Shown here one piece after another: positions 41,468-53,506 of a DNA stretch of 64,000 nt; the first letter of the stretch is position 1, and the number at the start of each line of letters is the position of its first letter. This DNA is from an uncultured Planctomycetota bacterium (GTDB lineage Bacteria > Planctomycetota > Planctomycetia > Isosphaerales > Isosphaeraceae). A program made the translations under genes and the position numbers. The notes beneath the pieces are model-generated. The model searched no databases and had not been told where the DNA came from. It worked only from the letters and a program-made list of their open reading frames with translations. The stretch lies in contig CAWJTV010000025.1 of the NCBI GenBank assembly GCA_963845755.1, positions 256,001 through 320,000 on the forward strand. Reading direction: 5' to 3'.

Positions 41468-41547
41468 GGAATCCTCCTTTCGGTTGGTTCTCGATCCATG
41501 CTCTTCATTCTATGAGATCGAGCAATAGTCAGCGACCGCGCTCACGA

Positions 41548-44500
41548 TCACGGCGTTTTCTGCCCCAACTCACCGGTCGGCAGCGCGACCTGCGCCGGGC
41601 TGACCAGGTAGGAGACGAGAGAACGGACCTCGTGCTCCGAGAGCGGCGTCCAGAGGTCTTCTGGCATCATCGACTGATCGCTCTGCCGGCGCTCCTCGAC
41701 ATCACTCTTGGGCAAGGTGACCGTCTCGTTCGCCGTGACCAGGGTGATCGTGTCCTTGTCCTCGGCGCGGATGATACCCGTGAGGATCCGGCCGTCGGAC
41801 GTGGCGACGACATGGGCCAGGTAGTCCTTGCCGATCAGGGCACCCGGGTCGAGGACGTTGGAGAGCACGTAGTCGAGGTCCCTTCGGTTGGAGCCGGTCA
41901 GATCGGGCCCGACCTGACCGCCCACGCCGAAGAGGGTGTGGCACTGCTGGCAGGTCCTCGCGAAGACGGCGCGGCCCAGTGATGGGTCGGGCGTTCGAGC
42001 GGGTTTCGACGTCAGCATGCTCTTGTACCGGGCGATTGTCCGGGCGCGATCCGCGGTCGTCTCGCGGACGGTCCCCCAGACCCGCACGATCTGGGAGTCG
42101 ATGTCGGCGTCCTTGAAGTTGCGGACCTGTCTCACGAGGTCGGCCGTCAGATCCGCTCGCGGCAGCTTGCCGGACTCGACAGCCGCGAGCAAGGCACGAG
42201 CCCATCCCTTGCGGGCCGCGAGCGTATTCAGGACGTCGCGACGCTCGGATTGCCCGAGGCTCGAGTAGGCCCCGAGCAGGACCTCGGGCGTCGCCGGATC
42301 GTCGTAAGCCGACAGCCCTCGCACCGCCGGACCACCCAGATCGGGATCCGGGAGCAGGGTGGCCAATGCCGCCGGCAGCGACGGGTCCTTCACCTTGAGC
42401 AGGGCCGCCATCGCCTCGCGCCTCAGATCGAGCCTGGCCCTGGAATCGGACAGGACGCCGCGTAGGGTTTCACGAGCCGATGGATCGCCGAACGTCAAGG
42501 CCAGCGCCACGGCCCGCGAGCGAACGCGCACATCGGCATCGGTGGCCAGCATCGCGAAAACCTTGGGCCACTCCGCGGGCATCGCCACTTGCCGCCGACC
42601 GCGCAGGCCCTCCTCGATGCCGAGCAAGAGCGTCTCACGACCGGCGGATGAGGGAGCACGACCCAGCTCCTCGACCAGGATCGCCAGCGACTCCGGCGTA
42701 CCCATCGAACCGATCCGGCGCGCCATGAACTCCTGGATGCGGGGGATCCGCGACGAGGCCGCCAGCCGCGCGGCACGGCGCATGTCGACCGCGGCCAGTG
42801 GTTCGGCGGCATACCAATACATGAACGGGAGATTTGGATCGGCCGCGTCCTCGGAATGGCCGATCAGCCCGGCGACGATCTCCCAGCGCTGCTCCAGCGG
42901 CAGACGTTGCAAGGCCGAGGCCAGGTAGAGACGGACCACCGGTGAGGGATCGCGGCGCACCTGCTCGGCGAACCTGGCGAGGCGGTAGCTCGGCAGCATA
43001 CCGTGCTCGGTCGTCAGTTGAATCGTCCAGGCCCGGATCATCGGGTCGGGGTCGTCCGGAGTCTCGTGGAGCGGCTTGACATCAATGTCTCCGCGCTCCC
43101 GCAGTCCACCGACGGCATGCCGCGCCCAGAGGATCCGGAGCTGGACTTCGGGATGGCCCGGGTTCGCCCGGCTCAAGGCTCGGAGCCTCTCATCAACCTC
43201 GTCGCTCGGACCCCGCTCCTGGAGGATCCGACGCGCATGACGGGCATACCACTCGTTGGGGTGTGCCTGCAACCGGACCAACGCCGGATTGTCCAGGCTG
43301 CGGAGGTCTTGCTGATCGGGCTTCGGCCCACCGTAGCGGACCTTGAAGATCCGACCGTTCGTCCGGTCGTGGAGATTGACCTCATTGTGGTGGCACTGGT
43401 TCTTGTCGTACCAGTCGATCATGTAGACGCTGCCATCGGGCCCGTACTCGAGGTGGACGATCTGCGACCACAAATCATTGGCCAGAAGGAAGTCGGGGGC
43501 ATGCGAGCCGGTGAAGCCGGACCCGTTCGGCTTGAGGATGTCGCGGTTGATCCGCGCCCCGTGGATGTTGTTCATGAACAGGGATCCGCGATACTCGGCC
43601 GGCCAGGAATCGCCGAGGTAGATCATCGCCCCGGAGTGGGCATGGCCGCCGCCCGCGGAATCGGATCGCCCGTTGCCGGCGTGCGGGTTGAAGCCGAGGT
43701 AATGGCGATGATCGGCCATCGTCTTGATGTCGTCATACGTATAAGGATTGAAGTGCTGGCCGGCCTGGCGTTCGTACCGGCCTCCCTGGGCGATGTGGTA
43801 GAGGTGCGGGATGACGCATGCCGTGATGATCATTTGGCCGCGGGCGTCGAAATCGATGCCCCAGGGGTTGCTGGTCCCCTGGGCGAAGACCTCGAACACG
43901 TGTCGGGTCGGGTGATAGCGCCAGATTCCCGCGTTGATCGGGGTGCGTTGCGTCGGGCGGCGTTCCGGGCTTGCCGACCCGGGAATGGGTGAAGACCCCA
44001 TGGCAGCCGTAGAGCCAGCCGTCCGGGCCCCAGGTGAAGGTATTGAGCGTCTCGTGAGTATCCTGCTGTCCCCAGCCGTCGAGCAAGACCTGCGGCGGCC
44101 CGTCGGGGCGGTCGTCGCCGTCCGGGTCGGGGATGAACAGCAGTTGAGGAGCGGCACCGACCCAGACGCCGCCGAATCCGACGGCCAGTCCGCTGACGAG
44201 GTTGAGGTGATCGGCGAAGACCGTGCGTTTGTTGAACCGGCCGTCGTTATCGGTGTCTTCGAAGATGAGGATGCGGTCTCTGGCCTGGGCGTCTGGCACC
44301 CGGCGCGGGTAGGAATACGCCTCGGCGACCCAGACCCGGCCCCGGTCGTCGATTGCCATCGCGATCGGCTGAACGACGTCGGGCTCGCCGGCAAAGAGGG
44401 TCACCTTGAAGCCGGGTGGGACGGTCATCGCCCGCGCGGCCTCCTCGGGACCGAGCCCGGCGTGTTCGTAGACGTCGAGCGCCGCGGGCCGTCGCCGTGG

Positions 44501-45096
44501 CGGGACGACCGGCCTCGACTCGTGCAGCCGGAAGTCGTCGAAGTTGATGTGGCCCCAACCCACCGTCTCCTCGTCCACCAGCCGGATCACGATCTCCCGG
44601 CCGAGGTGGTCCGTCAGATCGGCGACGACGCGTTCCATGTCCTCATCATCGTCTCCCGAGGCACGAAAGACGACCTTTCCCGTGTCCTTGCGAACGAGCT
44701 CCACGCAGGTCCGGGCGTGTGACCCGGCCCCGATCAGGAAGCTGGCGAACGGCCTGGTGACCCGGAAGGGGACCGAGGTCAAGGTGCCCTTCGGCCGATC
44801 GCCGCCGACCTCAAAGGTCCCGACCCAGAACCGTCCGGCATGCCGGCTAGACATGTCGCCGCGTCGCCGGTGCACCGTGTCGCCCTCGATGGGCTGACCA
44901 CGGAAGGCATCGCCTTCGGCCGTCCAATCCACCAGGGTGCCGGTTTCGAAGTCCAGGTTCAGCGGACGGCCCCCGGCATCGGTCGGGAGTGTTCCCGCCT
45001 CGACCGGCGCCCTTTGGGCGTATCGGCCGAGATGTCCGACGAACCGAGCAACAGGACAAGGCCGACGACCGTGTAGAATGAGAGCGAACGTGCCAT
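41548..45096 (-). CDS. PVC-type membrane-bound dehydrogenase-domain / heme c (CxxCH) protein (frameshifts at ~45010 and ~43955)
   Basis: Signal peptide MARSLSFYTVVGLVLLLG; VPPGFKVTLFAGEPDVVQPIAMAIDDRGRVWVAE; WGPDGWLYG; GTSNPWG; GPDGSVY..DWYD; HEAT-like repeats; GRAVF..CQQCH..GPDLT..SMMPE. Confidence 0.9.
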
Positions 45097-45387
45097 GGTT
45101 TGATCCAGGGTCCTTGTAGAGGGCAGGGGGGTGATCTGGTCCGAATGCGTCAAACCGATCCCGGATCGACCGATTCGCGATCCGGTCCACTCCAGGATAC
45201 GACGATGTGGAGGTCCTGGGGAGTCGGCAACGGTGACAACACCTCCTGGCCTCCCGTCGGTCTCTCGGCGAAAAGTGTTGGCGGCCGTTGCCATTGCGGA
45301 TTAGCCTGGGGAAGTTCGGCTCCCGTCGCGACGGAGTCTTTCTGGATGACATGATGGGATCCCTCTCTCGCTCATGACGGAGACCTG

Positions 45388-46698
45388 ATGCGCCCGTTCG
45401 AGTTGATCGCCATCTTGATCGTGCTGACCGCCCTGTTCAGCTATATCAATGTCCGCCTGCTGAGGCTCCCACCCACGATCGGCCTGATGGCGCTCAGCCT
45501 GCTCTTTGCGATCGCACTCGTCGCGATCGAGGCATTCGTGCCGACGGTCGCGGAGCAGGCCCGCGCGGTGGCCAGACAGTTCGAGCTGGACCAGACGCTG
45601 TTACACGGCATGCTCGGTTTCCTCCTGTTCGCGGGGGCGTTCCACGTCAACCTGGGCGACCTGCTGGATCACAAGTGGCCGATCGCGGTCCTGGCGACCC
45701 TCGGCGTCCTGATCTCGACGGTCATCGTCGGCGGCGTGACCTGGGGCGTGCTTCGCCTGTTCGGCCTGCATCTCCGTCCGATCGACTGCCTACTCTTCGG
45801 TGCATTGATCTCGCCGACCGACCCCATCGCGGTGCTCGCCTTGCTCAAGGGGACCGGCGCCCCGAAGCGGCTGGAGATCCAGATCGCGGGCGAGTCGCTA
45901 TTCAATGACGGCGTCGGCGTCGTGGTCTTCCTGGGCTTGCTGGAAATCGCCGCGGGCCACGAGCAACTGCGACCCGGGTTCCTCGTCGAGCTATTCGTCC
46001 GCGAGGCCATCGGCGGGGCCCTCTTCGGCCTCTTGATCGGCCTGGTCGTTTATGGGCTCCTCAAATCGGTGGACCACTACCGCCTGGAGATCTTGCTCTC
46101 GCTGGCGTTGGTCGCCGGCGGCTATGCTCTGGCCGAAAACCTGGGTGTTTCCGCTCCCATCGCCATGGTCGTGGCCGGCCTCCTGATCGGCAATCACGGC
46201 CGGAGCTTCGCCATGTCGCCAACCACCACGGAGCACATCGATCGATTCTGGGGCCTGCTCGACGAACTCCTCAACGCCGTCCTGTTCGTGATGATCGGGA
46301 TGGAAGTCCTGGTGTTGAACTTCACCACCCGCTACTTCCTGGCGGGAGTCACGATGGTGGCCGTCGTCCTGATGGCCCGGCTTATCTCGGTCGGTGTGCC
46401 GATCTGGCTCCTCAGGCGCTGGGAGCGGTTCGAAGCCTCCATGATCCCGATCCTGACCTGGGGCGGATTGCGCGGCGGTATCTCGGTCGCCCTGGCACTG
46501 TCCTTACCCGAGCCCATCGATGGTGCCGAGAGGCTCACCCGGGAGGTGATCCTCGCGATCACCTACGTGGTCGTCGTCTTCTCGATCCTCGTCCAGGGAT
46601 TGACGATCGGACCGTTGACTCGCTCGTGGCTGACGCCGGATGGCGCGACGACCCATTCCGCACGCCCGGCCCAGGACGGGGCGACCTCGGGTCGTTGA
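45388..46698 (+). CDS. nhaP: Na+/H+ antiporter, CPA1/NhaP family
   Basis: About 12 TMs; [41 protein letters not shown]. Confidence 0.93.
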   Translation: MRPFELIAILIVLTALFSYINVRLLRLPPTIGLMALSLLFAIALVAIEAFVPTVAEQARAVARQFELDQTLLHGMLGFLLFAGAFHVNLGDLLDHKWPIAVLATLGVLISTVIVGGVTWGVLRLFGLHLRPIDCLLFGALISPTDPIAVLALLKGTGAPKRLEIQIAGESLFNDGVGVVVFLGLLEIAAGHEQLRPGFLVELFVREAIGGALFGLLIGLVVYGLLKSVDHYRLEILLSLALVAGGYALAENLGVSAPIAMVVAGLLIGNHGRSFAMSPTTTEHIDRFWGLLDELLNAVLFVMIGMEVLVLNFTTRYFLAGVTMVAVVLMARLISVGVPIWLLRRWERFEASMIPILTWGGLRGGISVALALSLPEPIDGAERLTREVILAITYVVVVFSILVQGLTIGPLTRSWLTPDGATTHSARPAQDGATSGR

Positions 46699-46960
46699 CA
46701 GCGTGAATTCGTAAGGGGCGCACCGGCAAATCGCCCATTCGCGCGATTTCGCGATTTCGCGGACGACGCGATTTCCATCGCGTTGACGACGGATTATACT
46801 AGGAACCCGGATTCCCGACCCTATTCGCATTCACGACCGGCGGGAACCCGAGCAACTCCCCAGGGGACCTGCCTGGTCATCGCCGGATTGGTACGATCGC
46901 ATCACGGTAAGTCTCAACAATTCCTGACCTGAAACATCACCGATTTCGCGAGTCATAATC

Positions 46961-47829
46961 ATGCGATGGCAAGACTTACGCCGAAGCGAGAACGTCGAGG
47001 ATCGGCGGCGGGTCACTCCCGCTGGGATCGCCGTGGGCGGAGGAGTCGGGACCCTGCTCTTCGTGGTCGTCGCACTCTTCCTGCGGCGCCGATCCGCAGA
47101 AGATCCTCAGTCTGCTCCAGAATAACCCGGCGGCCGTCCAGCAGCAGCCGGGTGGACCCGGGATTCCCCAAGGCGAGGACAAGGACGCCGAGCAGGTCAA
47201 CTTCGTTAAGGCTGTGCTCGGCGACACCGAGGACGTCTGGAAGGAGCTTTTCGGCCGGATGAACAAAGATTACAAAGAACCGCACCTGGAACTCTTCACC
47301 GGTCAGACCAGGTCGGGATGCGGCTTTGCCAGCGCGGCCATGGGGCCGTTCTACTGTCCGGCGAATGAGATGGTCTACATCGACCTCGGCTTCTACCGGG
47401 AGCTGGCGGAGCGGTTCAAGGCTCCGGGTGATTTCGCCCGAGCCTACGTCCTGCGCCCATGAGGTCGGACATCACGTCCAAAACCAGCTCGGGATCAGCG
47501 GAAAGGTGCACGCCCGACAGGAGCGAGCGAGCAAGACCGAGGCCAATGAGCTCTCGGTTCGGCTCGAGCTCCAGGCCGATTTCCTGGCCGGGGTCTGGGC
47601 GCACCACGCCGAGCGGTCCAAGAAGATTCTCGAGAAAGGGGACGTCGAGTCTGCGCTCAGAGCGGCGACGGCGATCGGCGACGACCGCCTCCAGAAGCAG
47701 AGCCAGGGTTATGTCGTCCCCGACTCATTCACCCACGGCACGTCGGAACAGCGCGTCCGCTGGTTCCGCCGCGGTCTCGAGACCGGCGACATCAACCAGG
47801 GCGATACGTTCTCCGCGCAATCGTTATGA
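46961..47829 (+). CDS. Neutral zinc metallopeptidase, YpfJ-like (frameshifts at ~47084 and ~47454)
   Basis: [16 protein letters not shown] (read from 46961), [43 protein letters not shown]. Confidence 0.92.
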
Positions 47830-47939
47830 TCGATCGTCACCCAGGAATCGCGACTGGCCGGCAGGAGAAAGTCCTCTGGATCGACGAAGCTCCGGTACGG
47901 TACTGGGCCTGATGTTTCAACCACTCACGAGGTCGTGCG

Positions 47940-48344
47940 ATGAGCAGCATCATTGAGGTGGAAGGAATTGGAGAGGTCTACGCCAGGAAGCTCAAAGACG
48001 CGGGAATCTCCACCAGCGAAGGTCTGCTCGAAAAGGGCGCGACTCCCGCCGGTCGCGAGAAAATCGCGAAGGACACGGGCATCAGCCATATCCGGATCCT
48101 CCGGTGGGTCAATCATGTCAACCTGTTCCGGATCAAGGGCATCGAGACCCAGTACGCCGAGCTGCTCGAGGCGGCCGGGGTCGATACGGTCCCCGAGCTG
48201 GCCCAGAGGAACCCGGCCCATCTGCTGAAAGCGCTGTCCGAGGTCAAGGAGAACAAACACCTGGTTCGCAAGCTTCCGTCGCAGGATCAGGTCGCCGACT
48301 GGATCAAACAGGCGAAGAAGCTGCCCCGGGTCGTCACGTATTGA
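47940..48344 (+). CDS. DUF4332-family helix-hairpin-helix protein
   Basis: IIEVEGIG..YARKL, LFRIKGI..QYAELLEAAGVDTVPELAQRNP. GAGG RBS. Confidence 0.85.
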   Translation: MSSIIEVEGIGEVYARKLKDAGISTSEGLLEKGATPAGREKIAKDTGISHIRILRWVNHVNLFRIKGIETQYAELLEAAGVDTVPELAQRNPAHLLKALSEVKENKHLVRKLPSQDQVADWIKQAKKLPRVVTY

Positions 48345-48459
48345 GTCGCGACCGAGTCGTTCTTGGATCCTCCGGCAGGTTCGACAAACGGGGTGATCCG
48401 TGGAAAGTCCGCGTACCAAACGGCCTGCATTCGTCTCGAGTCGAAAGAAGCATCTCGCT

Positions 48460-49419
48460 ATGAAACGACCATGGGCGGCTTTGCTCGGGACGGGGATGGC
48501 AATCGTGGCACTCTGTGCGGCGGACGGCCCTCAGAAAGAGGGCTCCCGGCCGCCAGTACCGGGCGGCGCACCGACTGCCGATTCCGCGGGGCGATCCGAG
48601 GACGAGAACGCGATCCGCACCGGTGTCGCGTCGTTCGCTCGGGCTTTCCGGGACAGGGATGCCAGGGCGATCGCGCGGATGTTCGCCGAGGACGGCGAAG
48701 CCGTTGACTCCGAAGGTGGCACCATCCAGGGCCGTGCGGCAATCGAGGCGCACTACACAACTCGCTTCGCGGACGAGCCGGGTGACACGCTCGAAACCAC
48801 GATCGAGTCCATCAAGTTCCTCGCGCCGGGTATCGCGCGGGAAACCGGCCGCACGCGGGTCCTGCCCTCCGATGGCGGGACGCCCACCGAGGGCCGATTC
48901 GCGGCAATCCATGTGAAACGAGACGGCCAATGGCTCATCGCCAGCGTCCGCGAGATCGCGGAAACGGGAATCAGCCATCACGAGCGCCTCAAGGAGATCG
49001 CGTGGCTGGTGGGCGACTGGGTCGAGGAGACGCCGGACGCGGTGGTCACGACATCCGTCGCCTGGAGCGACAACGACAATTTCCTGCTCCGCTCGTTCCA
49101 GGTTCGCGTCACGGGCAAGCCCGCCCTGAGCGGAACCCAGCGGATTGGCTGGGACCCGCTCACCAAGCAGATCAAGTCCTGGGTCTTCGACTCTCAGGGA
49201 GGTTATGGCGAGGGCTTGTGGACCCGGTCCGGAAACGAGTGGGTCATCAAGGCCACCGGCGTGCGCCCGGACGGTCGCGTCGCCACGGCCACTCAGGTGC
49301 TCACTTACGTGAATAAAGACACCCTGCGCTGGAAGTCGATCGACCGGACCCTCGGGGAGGAGCTCATGCCTCAGATCGGCGAGATTGTGATGGTCCGCAA
49401 ACCTCCCCAACCGAGATGA
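48460..49419 (+). CDS. Secreted NTF2-like (SgcJ/DUF4440) domain protein with second beta-barrel domain
   Basis: Signal peptide; AIR..FARAF..DARAIA.F.EDG..GRAAI; HVKRDGQWLI; WLVGDW; QRIGWDP..IKSWVFDS.GG. Confidence 0.82.
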   Translation: MKRPWAALLGTGMAIVALCAADGPQKEGSRPPVPGGAPTADSAGRSEDENAIRTGVASFARAFRDRDARAIARMFAEDGEAVDSEGGTIQGRAAIEAHYTTRFADEPGDTLETTIESIKFLAPGIARETGRTRVLPSDGGTPTEGRFAAIHVKRDGQWLIASVREIAETGISHHERLKEIAWLVGDWVEETPDAVVTTSVAWSDNDNFLLRSFQVRVTGKPALSGTQRIGWDPLTKQIKSWVFDSQGGYGEGLWTRSGNEWVIKATGVRPDGRVATATQVLTYVNKDTLRWKSIDRTLGEELMPQIGEIVMVRKPPQPR

Positions 49420-49471
49420 CGCAGCAGGACCGGGAACCGAACTCGGAATCGACGGAGCGCTCGAGGAATTC

Positions 49472-51478
49472 ATGATAAACCCCATACGGACGGCACTCGC
49501 GGGAATCATCGTCCTGGCGGTCGGCACCGGCATCGCCGAGGCGCAGCACAACCGGCGCGGCGGGATGGTCGGCAATCGAGGTGGCGCGGCCCGGCCCGGC
49601 ATGAGCGGTGCGCCCTCGTTCAGTCCGCCTGCGTCCCGACCCGGTGCGGGCGGAGTGAATCGTCCGCCGAACCTCAATCCTGGAAATCAGGCTCGGCCCG
49701 GGCCGCCGCAGGCCGGCGGGTCGAATCGACCGAATCCGGGGGGGACACCCGGCCCGGCGAATCGACCGCGCCCGGTGGTATCCCCGGTAACCGACCTGGA
49801 GCCGGAAATCGACCCGCGGGAGGAGGGCCGCCGGGCAGCGGCAATCCTGGACCTGCTCAACGTCCTCCCGGCGCAGGAATCGGCGGCAATCGGCCTGGCG
49901 CAGGAATCGGCGACAATCGGCCCGGTGGCAATCGGCCCGGCGCAGGAATCGGCGACAATCGGCCCGGTGGCAATCGGCCCGGTGGCGGATTCGTCGGCAA
50001 CCGTCCGGGATCCGGACAGGATCGTCCTGGTTCGGGGGACCACCTTGGCGTCGTCAACCGGCCCAACAGCGGCAATACCGTCGTCAACCGGCCCAACAGC
50101 GGCAACACCGTTGTCAATCGGCCCAACAGCGGCAACACCGTTGTCAATCGGCCGACCAATATCAACACGAACATCACGAACAACAATGTCACAAACGTCT
50201 CTTCGAATCGCGTGACCAACGTCACGAACGTCAACCGGGCCGGCTATGGCGGCGGGTACCGGCCCGGGGGATGGGGTGGCGCAGTACCGGCCGAACCCTT
50301 ACGCCGCTTATCACCAGGGTTGGGTCAACGGCTACTGGAACGGCAATTATTCGTCGGGGTGGGGTTTGAACAACGTTGGCAATAGCGCTCTGGGGCGGGG
50401 TGTCGGCGTTGGGATGGCGGCCTGGGGAGTGGGCTCCCTGTTCAATAACTGGGGCTATTCGCGGTACTCCAATCCTTACTACGGTTCGACCGTCGGGGTC
50501 GTCCAGCAGCCGGGAGTCGTCCAGCAGCCGGTCGCATATGACTATTCGCGACCGATCGACCTGGCTAGTCAGCCCCCTTCGCAACCGGTCATGGATGAGG
50601 CGGTCGCGACCTTCGACGCGGCGAGAGCCTCGTTCCAGGCGGGCGACTATGCCCAGGCCCTCAAGCTCGCCGATCAAGCGCTCGGAAAGACGCCGAACGA
50701 TCCCATGATCCACGAGTTCCGCGCGATCTGTCTCTTCGCCCTTGGGCGTTATGATGAAGCGGCCGTGCCGATGTACACGGTGCTCTCGACCGGTCCCGGC
50801 TGGGACTGGACGACTCTTGCTGGTCTGTATCCGAGCGTCAACACCTACACGCAGCAACTCCGTGCGCTGGAAAACTACTGCGTCGCGACGCCCAATGCCG
50901 CGGCGGCTCGGTTCTTACTTGCCTCCCTCTACATGACTCAAGGCAGCATGGACAACGCCGCGGAGATCCTCAAGCAGGTCGTCGCCATCCAGCCACAAGA
51001 TCGACTCTCGGCCCAGCTCCTCGAGAACTTGACTCCCAAGACGGCACAAGCAGAGTCGCAGCCATCCACCGATCAGCCGACAGTTGCTGCCACACCGAAC
51101 GACCCTGCCCAGCCGCCGGCTGGCGCGAACCCGACTCCTCCCGAGTCGCCGAGTGCTCCGGAGCCTCCACCGGGTCCATCGATGCCTACGGGTGCTCTCC
51201 CGAGCAAGCTCGTCGGCTCCTGGAACGCCAACCCGGCGAAGGATGTCACGATTAACCTGTCCCTGGACAAGGCAAACGGCTTTACGTGGAAAGTCATCGA
51301 GCGAGGCCAGGTGCGTGAGTTTCGGGGTTCGGCGGCGTTCGACGACGACATCCTGTCACTGACACCGCCAGACCAGCCTGCCATGGTCGGGAAAGTCAAC
51401 TGGAAGGATGACAAGCATTTCCAGTTTCGAGCGCTCGGCGCACCGGCGGACGATCCGGGTGTCCTGTTCGGGGGATGA
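49472..51478 (+). CDS. Secreted protein with G/N/P/R low-complexity N-terminus, aromatic/Gly segment, TPR domain and C-terminal beta domain (frameshifts at ~49770 and ~50280)
   Basis: Signal peptide. The middle frame reads GNRPG repeats and VVNRPNSGNT x3. Then YHQGWVNGYW..., FQAGDYAQAL..HEFRAICLFALGRY. Joined from ORFs 49472 and 50246 plus an unlisted middle frame. Confidence 0.75.
49868..50152 (+). repeat. Coding tandem repeats: 42-nt (GGNRPGAGIGDNRP) and 30-nt (VVNRPNSGNT) units
   Basis: ggcgcaggaatcggcgacaatcggcccggtggcaatcggccc x2; gtcaa(c/t)cggcccaacagcggcaa(t/c)accgt x3. Confidence 0.9.
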
Positions 51479-51549
51479 CGTGCTCGACACGCGTCAAGAG
51501 TGCCTCGCCGGCGAACGAGGATGCCCGGACCGTTCTGGGTCTCCGCATC

Positions 51550-52311
51550 TTAGGCAGCCGACTTGGTCCTGGTAACCGGCGTGCGCTCGACATGAACCTC
51601 CCTGACTTTACGACCACCGGCCTCCACGTAGATCGTCACGGGCGCACCCACTTTCAACGCCGGGTCCTTCACTCCCACTTTGCTCGCCGTTCCCCTGACG
51701 ACGACTTTCAGATCGTTCGCGAGAAACCACGAACGGCTCTTGCCGTTCAGGAGCGTCACCACCAGATGATGGCGTTCCGGGTCGTAGGATTTCACCTTGC
51801 CGGGGATCTCATCGTCCTCATCTTCCGGCTCCTCCTCAGCCGCAACCTTCGTCGCGACCTTGCCGGCTGCGGGGGGTGCTGGCTTGGTCGCTTTTGTCGT
51901 TTGCTGCTTCTTCGAGGAAACACGCTTGCCCGGTGTGCGGGTGCCCGCCTCGGAACCGTCGGGATTCCGGCGATTGTATCCCAGGTGAACCTCCTTGGCG
52001 GCGGTGCCCTGCGCCACGATCGTGACCTCCAGGCCCTCGTGGAACCGATGGTCCTTCAACCGATGCCGGACCTTTCCCCCTCGAGGACCGAGCATCGTGG
52101 TGTCGTCCGTGATCGTGAAGGTTCGCTCGGTACCCGAACTTGTCTTGATCGAGAGCGTCTGCTTGTCGATATCCACACTCTTCACGTGACCCTCGATCCC
52201 CCCGGGAATCTCGGCCTTCTCTCCCTTCTTCGGTTCCTGAGAGGTGGCTGAGGGGATGCCGATAACAGCGAGTGTGAATCCGGCGATGAGAACCGTCGTC
52301 AATCGCAGCAT
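51550..52311 (-). CDS. Secreted hypothetical protein with two internal OB-fold-like repeats
   Basis: Signal peptide. Repeats EIPGGIEGHVKSVD..TLSIK and EIPGKVKSYD..LVVTL, each ending in ..EVH(L/V). GGAGG RBS. Confidence 0.7.
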   Translation of the reverse strand: MLRLTTVLIAGFTLAVIGIPSATSQEPKKGEKAEIPGGIEGHVKSVDIDKQTLSIKTSSGTERTFTITDDTTMLGPRGGKVRHRLKDHRFHEGLEVTIVAQGTAAKEVHLGYNRRNPDGSEAGTRTPGKRVSSKKQQTTKATKPAPPAAGKVATKVAAEEEPEDEDDEIPGKVKSYDPERHHLVVTLLNGKSRSWFLANDLKVVVRGTASKVGVKDPALKVGAPVTIYVEAGGRKVREVHVERTPVTRTKSAA

Positions 52312-52952
52312 GGTACATTGCCTCCGAGTAGATGGTTCGATGAGAGAAATGTTGAACCTTCAGTAGTCGATCCATTCAACGCGCCACGGGGCGAGCAGAC
52401 CGTTCGACATAGGATGGGCGTCACTCTGAGCGGGGGCCCGGAGACCGATCGTTGGAGGAACGGAGATTTGTGGAGGTCGATCCTCCCGGTTCCATCCGCT
52501 CGGCTATCGCGACCGCGAATCTCGGATTGACCTTCGACCGCCCCGAGACTGCGAGTCGGCCCCTCGTGGATCTGCAGAGCTCCCAGATCGTGTGCTGGAA
52601 CATGCGAACTTATACATCGACTTGGGTTTTGTTCAAGGGGGAAGTGCCATTCGATTCACGAATGGTAGATTCAAGCACATGGAAGTCTCGCTCTGATCCG
52701 GCCCGACGAGATCCGATCATAAGAACGGTCAACGACGACCGTCGATCGCCCGCGCTGATCGGACGAGCAGCAGCATCGGGCCGCCGGGTCGCGATTCCGG
52801 GATTCGGCGGGATCGACCCCTAGACGCCTCGGTGGGCCGTGTATATAAGCGACAGGGTTCCGATCGACCTCTCGAGCTACATCCGCGCGAACCGCGGGCC
52901 GCTCGTTGATCATCAAGACGCACGCAACTCAACTTTCCGTGGAGAGCACGAC

Positions 52953-53390
52953 ATGTCCGAAGTCGCCAATCAACTCGCGTCCGAGACGGGAGTTTCGAGC
53001 GATCTCGTCCTCAAAGGCCTCGGCGCCATCCTGAACTTTATCAAGGAGAAAGTGGGTACCGAGACGTTCGCCCAGTTCGAGGCGGCCATACCTGGCGCCT
53101 CGGACTACATCCAGAAATTCGGGTCGTCAACGGAATCTCCCCAGGGCGGACTGGTGGGGTTATTCACGGGCCTCGCCAGTAAATTCCTGGGCGGCCGCGC
53201 CGAGGAAGCTGTCAAGCTACTGGAGTCGTTTTCCAAGATTGGCTTCAAGCCCGAGCAGGTCGAAGCCTTCCTGCCGAAGGCTCTCGAGTGGATCAAGTCC
53301 CACCTGTCTCCGGATCTCCTCGAGAAGCTGCTGGCCACCCTGCCGGCACTCGGGAAGATGGCTGGTGCTCAAGCCGAATCGGGAGCCTGA
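52953..53390 (+). CDS. Small helical protein, DUF2780-like
   Basis: GGAG RBS. QLASETGV...GLGAILNFIKEKV..F..AIPGA..GGL.GL..LLESFSKIG pattern. Confidence 0.6.
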   Translation: MSEVANQLASETGVSSDLVLKGLGAILNFIKEKVGTETFAQFEAAIPGASDYIQKFGSSTESPQGGLVGLFTGLASKFLGGRAEEAVKLLESFSKIGFKPEQVEAFLPKALEWIKSHLSPDLLEKLLATLPALGKMAGAQAESGA

Positions 53391-53506
53391 ATCGAGCAAC
53401 GTGCTCCTCGTGGAGGCTGCGGGGATCCTCACATTGCACACGATTTTTCTTACGATTGTAAGAATTGACTGGTGAGAGTCTGTTCCAGGAGCCCGATTTC
53501 CTGGCG

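Noticed and set aside
47860..47880. GGAGAAAGTCC resembling the RNase P RNA 5' conserved motif (also GGAAAGTCC at ~48402)
   Set aside because: The intergenic space is only ~110 nt and the 3' conserved element is missing.
49868..50152. Possible CRISPR array (30-nt repeats)
   Set aside because: The repeats are contiguous without unique spacers and encode an in-frame peptide repeat. No cas genes are present.
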